The notes beneath the pieces are model-generated. The model had not been told where the DNA came from and made no database searches. It was given only the letters and a program-made list of their open reading frames with translations. The translations under genes and the position numbers were made by a program. DNA of 64,000 nucleotides from an uncultured Selenomonas sp. (GTDB taxonomy: Bacteria > Bacillota > Negativicutes > Selenomonadales > Selenomonadaceae): assembly GCF_963518105.1 (NCBI RefSeq), contig NZ_CAUQID010000005.1. One strand, 5' to 3'. Shown piece after piece: positions 58,809 to 64,000 of the stretch; positions within the stretch are counted from its first letter, which is position 1, and each line of letters opens with the position of its first letter.

Positions 58809-59264
58809 ATGGACAAAGACACACAAGACACACAGCACCCCCCTAAAAAGAGAGGACGAAAAGCCACAGGCAGACGCAGAAGGCAAATGTATCTCACCGA
58901 TGAGGAGAGGGAGCAGCTTATGACCCTGCTGCATGACATCAGGCACGATGAGCCCCCCATTCGCTACAATGCCATAAAGACACAAGCAGAGGAGGAATAC
59001 ACAGCCGCTGTAAAGAGTGAGGCGCAAGGCTCTAACAGACCCGTCCATACCATCAGCTATTACAGAGCAGAGGCGCTCTATCACCTGATTGATATTCCTT
59101 GCAAACTTACGCCGTACAGAAAAGAAGTGGCACAGATGAAAGACCAACTAGAGCATGAGCGTTGGCAAAAGCAAGGCATGACAGATGAGGAACTGAGAGC
59201 AAAGAGAGCCGCCGAGGAAATGGAACATTGGAAGCGCATTAATGCAGATTGGCTAAATCCCTAA
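58809..59264 (+). CDS. Hypothetical protein (151 aa) with a very basic N-terminus
   Basis: ATG 58809 is preceded by GGGAGGTGA, which includes the recombinase stop codon. The segment PPKKRGRKATGRRRRQMYLTDEEREQL resembles ribbon-helix-helix/MobC-type leaders, but no firm family assignment is possible. Confidence 0.6.
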   Translation: MDKDTQDTQHPPKKRGRKATGRRRRQMYLTDEEREQLMTLLHDIRHDEPPIRYNAIKTQAEEEYTAAVKSEAQGSNRPVHTISYYRAEALYHLIDIPCKLTPYRKEVAQMKDQLEHERWQKQGMTDEELRAKRAAEEMEHWKRINADWLNP

Positions 59265-59270
59265 AGCACA

Positions 59271-59307
59271 AGCCTTTTGACACTTTGTCAAGGGGCTTTT
59301 CTATTTT
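59271..59307 (+). terminator. Rho-independent terminator after orf151
   Basis: agccttttgaca/tgtcaaggggct followed by TTTTCTATTTT. Confidence 0.75.
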
Positions 59308-59617
59308 ACCTATCAATAACGGTTATGTACAGAATAGATATTTTGACTATTTAATAAATCCAGTAATATCAATGCTCTACGGGTAATTTGTCTATGGAAC
59401 TTTATTGGTGGCACACAAGGAGAAGGGAAAACGCTTTTTGCCTTGACACCCCTGCTGCATTGTGGTAATGCAAGATATCAGCAAAGAGGAGGGAGAGAAA
59501 TAATAGCACTTCTCTCTTCTCTCCTATGCAGCATAACCAATACAGCAGAGAGAGTATGTGTGAAAATTTATTTTCTATACCCTATTGACAAACCAGAATG
59601 ATTATGTTACGCGCGTA

Positions 59618-59880
59618 TTATATAATTATATAAACTTTAAGATACTTAAAGTACCTAGTTAGTTAACTAAAGACTATGCTACTACTACTCTAATAAAAAT
59701 AATAACTTATAAGCTATTATTTATAGTTCTTAATAGACTATTACACTAAAGCTATATAACTATATCTCTTATAAGCTATCCCCCTTATCTTATTTGTCTT
59801 AATAGCTATACTCTCTCTCTGTTTGTCTTATAAGCTATGCTATATAGCTATATGTCTTGAAGATACTTAATAGCAATAAC
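59618..59880. repeat. AT-rich palindrome and iteron block (origin-like)
   Basis: 16-bp palindrome TTATATAATTATATAA (59618-59633) and 12-bp palindrome TTAGTTAACTAA (59659-59670). AAGATACTTAA occurs twice (59639, 59860). CTTAWWAGCTAT-like words lie at 59706, 59729, 59768, 59798, 59827 and 59866, plus 59985. Confidence 0.6.
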
Positions 59881-60210
59881 TCCTAAGGTGCATAGTGGTA
59901 GAAGTGCAATAAACTAGCGTACAGAACATTTGGAGACACAGTTATGCACTGACACACCCCCATAGAGACAACAAAGCCCTATCCCTTATAGCTATGAGGA
60001 TGAGGGCTATTTTTGTTTGTCTTTTTGTTTATGTGTCTATGAAGGCATCATAGGAGCATATTCATAGCACACTCGCAAGCTAGTGTATTTTGAGCCTCTG
60101 AAATGTGTGAGGGTATACCAGGGTATAGGCTGAGCATTTCAATGTCTCTATCGTGAGGAGGGCTTCACAAAAACGGAAAAATATAAGGGATTAGACACAT
60201 ACCTATCCCC

Positions 60211-60408
60211 CTATCTTTTGTCTTTCGCTCTGAACGTCATTTCATGACCCAATACAGAGAGCAAAGCTGAGAGGTCTTTTACTGTGAGAGAATTGCGCTG
60301 AAACTTATTGTGCAGCCCCTTCTCGTGCAACCCTGCTTTCATCGCTAACTCTTTGAATGTCATACCCTGAGTACTTGCGAGGGCTTTCAGTTCCTCTTTC
60401 AAATCCAT
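60211..60408 (-). CDS. Small Xre/Cro-like HTH protein (65 aa)
   Basis: GGAGGT SD. MTFKELAMKAGLHEKGLHNKFQRNS fits a helix-turn-helix. Divergent from the orf158 operon. Confidence 0.7.
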   Translation of the reverse strand: MDLKEELKALASTQGMTFKELAMKAGLHEKGLHNKFQRNSLTVKDLSALLSVLGHEMTFRAKDKR

Positions 60409-60439
60409 AGCCGCATACCTCCACTCATAAAATTATACC

Positions 60440-60495
60440 TTGACAGGTTGCGTTTTCGTGACTATTATGTCTTATGAGGTCACGTTTTCGCAACC
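60440..60495 (+). promoter_or_regulatory. Rightward promoter embedded in a 17-bp-arm inverted repeat
   Basis: TTGACA, 17-nt spacer, TATTAT (60440-60468). The arm GGTTGCGTTTTCGTGAC (60446-60462) faces GTCACGTTTTCGCAACC (60479-60495). Confidence 0.55.
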
Positions 60496-60503
60496 ATACT
60501 TTC

Positions 60504-60720
60504 GGACATTTTTGTCCATGTTCAACATCCCGCCATCCCTTGAATTATCGGCAAAATCCCCCACACAGGACTTTTTGCCAAATTTGGCAGAAACCCAACT
60601 TGAACATTTTTGTCCATGTTCAACATCCGTTAATCATCACTAAGGGTACAACCTACTCAATTCTGAGTAGATTCACCATAGAGGGAATTTTGAACATTTT
60701 TGTACGAAATCCCGCCATCC
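60504..60720 (+). repeat. Modular direct repeats in the long leader of orf158
   Basis: The 27-nt repeat 60504-60530 versus 60602-60628 is 26/27 identical, and each copy contains GAACAT-N8-ATGTTCA. A partial third copy lies at 60692-60704. CGCCATCC occurs at 60531 and 60713. There is a perfect palindrome TGCCAAATTTGGCA at 60576-60589. Confidence 0.7.
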
Positions 60721-60755
60721 ATTTTTTCATCACACTTTGCAAAGGAGAAAACACC

Positions 60756-61232
60756 ATGCAGAAGACAAACAACCAGATCACCAACCCCGCCGCTACTCCT
60801 TCTGTCACCATCACCACGATCACCAACGAGGGAGAGACAACCCACACCATCACCGATCAGGAGGCTGTCACTGCCATTCAAGAGGCGTACGAGGACGCTA
60901 AAGCATACCGTGAGGATGTGCTGAATGACCTTGTGCAGCGTGCGATCGACAAAAGCATTGATGAGAAGTACCGCCGAATTATCGGCAACATGAGCGGCTT
61001 CCTTGCTGATTTGTCTATGAGACCTTCAGGCGCGGCATATCAGGGCTTCACCCACAATTACCACCTTGCTATGTCCCACCTCTGCAAAGCTGTCTATGAA
61101 CAGGCGGTGAAGGACTTTGTGGAGCTTCCAAACACCATTGAGAGACTGAGGGAAGACTTCCACGATCGCACCGCTGAACATATCCATCCTTATGACTTCC
61201 GCTATGAACCCTCCTATCCCATTGCGGATTAA
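60756..61232 (+). CDS. Hypothetical protein (158 aa)
   Basis: ORF-track entry 60474..61232 trimmed to ATG 60756 (AAAGGAGAA SD; MQKTNNQITNPAAT...). No recognisable motif. Confidence 0.65.
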   Translation: MQKTNNQITNPAATPSVTITTITNEGETTHTITDQEAVTAIQEAYEDAKAYREDVLNDLVQRAIDKSIDEKYRRIIGNMSGFLADLSMRPSGAAYQGFTHNYHLAMSHLCKAVYEQAVKDFVELPNTIERLREDFHDRTAEHIHPYDFRYEPSYPIAD

Positions 61233-61258
61233 GGAGACACACAGCGCATAGGGGCTAA

Positions 61259-61285
61259 GGGCTTCCCATTGGGAGGCTCTTTTTC
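61259..61285 (+). terminator. Rho-independent terminator after orf158 (possibly partial)
   Basis: gggcttccc att gggaggctc followed by TTTTTC. Confidence 0.6.
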
Positions 61286-61327
61286 TATCATCACACCCGC
61301 CATCCATCAGGAAGGAGACAACACACC

Positions 61328-61642
61328 ATGCCAACAAAGACAACCACCAAAGCCGAATCATTCGCGGGGCTCTCCACCATCGAACAGGAGACAGTCATCA
61401 CCATTGACCGCGAGACACGCCGCGCCCGTATCTACACCAGTGATACCCGCTTTATCAACAAGCTCGATAAGCTCTATGAGCGGAAGAAGGTGCATCGCAA
61501 TGCAGACGGGATTACGGCGGTAGAGTATGAAGTCCCTGAGAAGCTTGTGTCATTCCGTCGGCGTTTGATGAATCTCACCGATGAAGAAAAGCGGCAAAGA
61601 GTGGCACACTTGCACAAAAAGAGGGAGGAGAATAAAGCCTAG
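61328..61642 (+). CDS. Hypothetical protein (104 aa), Lys/Arg-rich
   Basis: GAAGGAGA SD; MPTKTTTKAESFAGLSTIEQETVITIDRETRRARIY... No recognisable motif. Confidence 0.65.
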   Translation: MPTKTTTKAESFAGLSTIEQETVITIDRETRRARIYTSDTRFINKLDKLYERKKVHRNADGITAVEYEVPEKLVSFRRRLMNLTDEEKRQRVAHLHKKREENKA

Positions 61643-61783
61643 AATCAATTCTATTCATTCTACACTCCTAAATTTAGGGGTTTTGACACATTGAAATACT
61701 TCACGCGATACTTTATATGCGTCGATGATTTCAATAGCCGTAAACAGCGAACTAGAGCGTAACAGACACATAGACACCAGAGA

Positions 61784-61816
61784 GAGCTTCCCATAGATCA
61801 GGGAGGCTCTTTTTTT
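61784..61816 (+). terminator. Rho-independent terminator
   Basis: gagcttccc...gggaggctc followed by TTTTTTT. The stem sequence is nearly the same as in the 61259 terminator. Confidence 0.75.
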
Positions 61817-61980
61817 GTGTCTTTCTGTCTGGCTACTACATCCGCTTGCGCGGGGAGACAACAAAGCCCGATCACTCTGTTTGTCTTTCCCGTGTGCTTT
61901 TTATTTACAGGTGCTACACACTGCGCTATCATGAAAGCGTTAATGTGTAGTGCTTCTTTACTGAGCAAAGGAGCATTGCA

Positions 61981-63015
61981 ATGAGCGATACAATCACCAT
62001 GACCAAAGAACAGTTACAGGAAGCTATGAAGGAGGTATTGCAGGGACTTCCCAATATCCAGACAACACCAGCCATCATGCAGGGGGATACCATCACTCTG
62101 AAAGAGTATGGCGGGGATTTCATGGAGCAGAAGCGTCACAGCGTATCTAAGACAACCCACTCTAAGAGTGCCGTCCTCTATCGGAAACACATCCTACCAG
62201 AATTCGGGGAGCAGACACTTGCCTCTATCACCCGTGTACAGGTGCAGAGCCTCATCAATGGCATGGCAGACCAGCGTTACAGCATGGAGACAATCAAGGC
62301 CACAAAGTGTCTATTCTCCTCCATCATGGAGCTTGCCGCCTCTGATCGGCTAATCCCCGCCAATCCCTGTAAGGCTGTCAAATTGCCAAAGGTGGAGAAG
62401 CGCAAGAAGCGTGCGCCTACCCTAGAGGAGTACCAGAGACTGTTAAAGGCGAGCGCAGGACATCGGCTATGGATAACAGTGCCTCTCATCTTCCTCACAG
62501 GCATGAGAATTGGTGAAATGCTGGCTCTCACATGGGATGATATCGACATGGAGAATCGATTGATTCATGTGTCTAAGACGTGGAGCACTGAGAATGGGAG
62601 CGGCAGGGCATACCTGAAAGACACACCCAAGACAAAAGCAGGCGTACGGCACATCCCCATCTGCGATGAACTGTATACCATGTTGAAACGCTATCGGGAG
62701 CAACAGGGTAAAGACAAACACATTGTCATCCCCAAACAGGATGAGGACGCTTATACGCATCCGCAGGTGTTCAGAGGGAAGATATTCAAATACTGGTGCT
62801 ATGCGGCTGATTTGCCGAAAGACATAACACCACATTCAGGCAGACACTACTTTGCCTATCACCTCTATGCGGCAGGAGTGAACCCCGAGACCCTTAGACA
62901 CATCACAGGACACAGTGACATATCAACTCTTCTGGATGTGTACTGCCACACCGATAAACTTTCAGACGAAACCTTGATTCAGACACGCACTGTCATGAGT
63001 GCGCTCTGCGGGTAA
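61981..63015 (+). CDS. int: Tyrosine-type site-specific integrase
   Basis: 344 aa with an SAM-like N-domain. Catalytic residues: TGMRIGE (Arg), HSGRHYF (His-x-x-Arg), GHSD, and the VYCH tyrosine. Promoter TTTACA, 17-nt spacer, TATCAT upstream. Confidence 0.93.
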   Translation: MSDTITMTKEQLQEAMKEVLQGLPNIQTTPAIMQGDTITLKEYGGDFMEQKRHSVSKTTHSKSAVLYRKHILPEFGEQTLASITRVQVQSLINGMADQRYSMETIKATKCLFSSIMELAASDRLIPANPCKAVKLPKVEKRKKRAPTLEEYQRLLKASAGHRLWITVPLIFLTGMRIGEMLALTWDDIDMENRLIHVSKTWSTENGSGRAYLKDTPKTKAGVRHIPICDELYTMLKRYREQQGKDKHIVIPKQDEDAYTHPQVFRGKIFKYWCYAADLPKDITPHSGRHYFAYHLYAAGVNPETLRHITGHSDISTLLDVYCHTDKLSDETLIQTRTVMSALCG

Positions 63016-63108
63016 ATAGTCCCAGTTTGGTAGAGTTTTCCTAGGCTTCTAAGCAAAAAAATGGAGCTTTCAGTATCGCACACTGAAAACCCCGAAAGCC
63101 TTGTATAA

Positions 63109-63162
63109 CCAAATAAATGGTCGGAACGACAAGATTTGAACTTGCGGCCTCTTCCACCCCAA
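63109..63162. repeat. att direct repeat, tRNA-proximal copy
   Basis: 54/54 identical to 57354-57407. Covers the tRNA from the anticodon loop to CCA plus 9 nt downstream. Confidence 0.95.
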
Positions 63163-63194
63163 GGAAGCGCTCTACCAAGCTGAGCTACGTCCCG
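63118..63194 (-). tRNA. tRNA-Pro (anticodon GGG), CCA encoded
   Basis: The minus strand reads CGGGACGTAGCTCAGCTTGGTAGAGCGCTTCCTTGGGGTGGAAGAGGCCGCAAGTTCAAATCTTGTCGTTCCGACCA. It folds by hand into a 77-nt cloverleaf with anticodon loop TTGGGGT. Confidence 0.93.
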
Positions 63195-63205
63195 AACAGT
63201 ATGAT

Positions 63206-63234
63206 ATTATACTGACGTTTTCTCGTTTTGTCAA
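63206..63234 (-). promoter_or_regulatory. Consensus sigma-70 promoter of tRNA-Pro
   Basis: Minus strand: TTGACA, 17-nt spacer, TATAAT, ending 11 nt before the tRNA 5' end. Confidence 0.7.
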
Positions 63235-64000
63235 TCCCTTTGCGTCATCTGTTTCATCAGACGCAGTGCACCGATCTCGACTCCTGTCTCGCGTGCCACC
63301 TGCTCAATGGTGCGTCCGGCGCGCAGGAGGGCGCGCGCCTTGCCGATGGCCTCGTCCTCACGGGGCTGCGATGCCTCTTCTGCGGACGGCATCGGTGCGG
63401 GTGACACCTGCATAGGAGCCTGCTGCGGTGCGGGCTGCGGCATCAGGGGAGCAGGTACGATCTGCGGCTGTACCTGCATGGCAGTCGGCGAAGGCGCAGC
63501 AGCAGCCGATACGGGTGCCGATGCGGCGGACGGCATCTCCGTTCCTGCACGCGCCTGCTCACGCAGGATAGAGGCGTGCAGGACGGCAGCGAACTCATCG
63601 CTGTCCATCCGCCGCGCCTCTGCCGGCTGCGCCGCGGGAACGCTCTGAGGCTGTATCTGTGCGGTGAACGGGGGGGATGACATAGGGGCGGCCTGCACAG
63701 GAGAGGACGCGGCGGGAGCGTTCTGTCCAAGATCGCGCAGGCGGCGCTCGAGCTCCTCGATGCGCTGGCGCAGCGCCCACTCGAGGCGTTGTGCATCTGC
63801 GACCCGCGTCTCCAGACGCACCCGGCGATCATCTGCCTCGCGCAGCAGCCCCTCGAGCTTCGTCACGTGACTGCCGAGACGCTTGATAATGGTATCAGCA
63901 GACTGCTGCAGTTCTTTTTTCAGCTTCTCAATGGATGCCGCCAGATCTTCATCATCCTCCTCGCTCCGCTGGCGGCGGTGGATGATGTAGCGGACGATGA
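63231..64000 (-). CDS. Coiled-coil / Pro-Ala-rich protein with a C-terminal HTH-like segment; N-terminus outside the window
   Basis: The ORF-track GTG at 63866 is only the first in-window start codon. The frame stays open to base 64000 (..IVRYIIHRRQRSEEDDEDLAASIEKLKKELQQ..). C-terminus: GKARALLRAGRTIEQVARETGVEIGALRLM. Confidence 0.6.
   Translation of the reverse strand, partial: IVRYIIHRRQRSEEDDEDLAASIEKLKKELQQSADTIIKRLGSHVTKLEGLLREADDRRVRLETRVADAQRLEWALRQRIEELERRLRDLGQNAPAASSPVQAAPMSSPPFTAQIQPQSVPAAQPAEARRMDSDEFAAVLHASILREQARAGTEMPSAASAPVSAAAAPSPTAMQVQPQIVPAPLMPQPAPQQAPMQVSPAPMPSAEEASQPREDEAIGKARALLRAGRTIEQVARETGVEIGALRLMKQMTQRD

Larger units (their letters stand above)
57354..63162. mobile_element. 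Integrated AT-rich element (unit length 5,755 bp) in tRNA-Pro(GGG)
   Basis: Perfect 54-bp direct repeats, a tyrosine integrase next to the intact tRNA, an abrupt drop in GC, and a switch of gene orientation. Confidence 0.9.

Noticed and set aside
59767-59880. Repeat units with 29-30-bp periodicity that at first glance resemble a mini CRISPR array.
   Set aside because: The repeated word is only 12-16 bp long and the intervening segments are 14-18 bp and AT-rich. The copies are imperfect and partly palindromic. No cas genes or leader are present. Iterons or protein-binding sites are the better explanation.

Overview
This is a GC-rich chromosomal segment that reads like a diderm Firmicute of the Negativicutes, probably Selenomonas-like. 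That placement is inferred from gene content only. About 60 genes are present, almost all on the minus strand.

Gene blocks in order:
- 1-7.1 kb: surface-glycan locus with a TagF-like transferase, GNAT, DegT-type aminotransferase, FdtA-like ketoisomerase, XAT acetyltransferase and two tandem GT2 paralogues.
- 7.1-14 kb: ECF S-component-like protein, ccdA and a TlpA-type oxidoreductase, rsmE and prmA, a class III superoxide reductase, and a GtrB-like plus ArnT-like pair.
- 14-22 kb: a Gut-family PTS operon with a SorC regulator. Next to it lies an unassigned sugar-phosphate cluster (GntR regulator, class II aldolase, TIM-like protein, YjbQ, SAF-domain dehydrogenase).
- 22-30 kb: groES-groEL with a perfect CIRCE element, a binding-protein plus MCP pair, ilvBN and comFC.
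- 30.8-38 kb: tsaC, prmC, prfA, DUF1385, rpmE, ndh and a MATE transporter.
- 38-47 kb: AMIN-domain amidase and the flgB-flgC-fliE-fliF-fliG-fliH-fliI-fliJ operon, which ends with a lytic transglycosylase and a MotE-like gene.
- 47-57 kb: an HprK-like/Asp23 fusion, a PHP protein, ymdB, a FIST-GGDEF cyclase, rny, an M48 peptidase, and the nfeD-floA cluster.

The only clearly accessory DNA is a 5,755-bp AT-rich element at 57354-63162. It is integrated in the 3' half of tRNA-Pro(GGG) and bounded by a perfect 54-bp direct repeat. It carries a tyrosine integrase, a small serine recombinase, an Xre-like HTH protein and three unknown ORFs. It also carries a well-structured candidate type I toxin-antitoxin module and about 0.95 kb of ORF-free, palindrome- and iteron-rich DNA.

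All homology calls come from motif recognition by eye. No database search, folding or statistics could be run.
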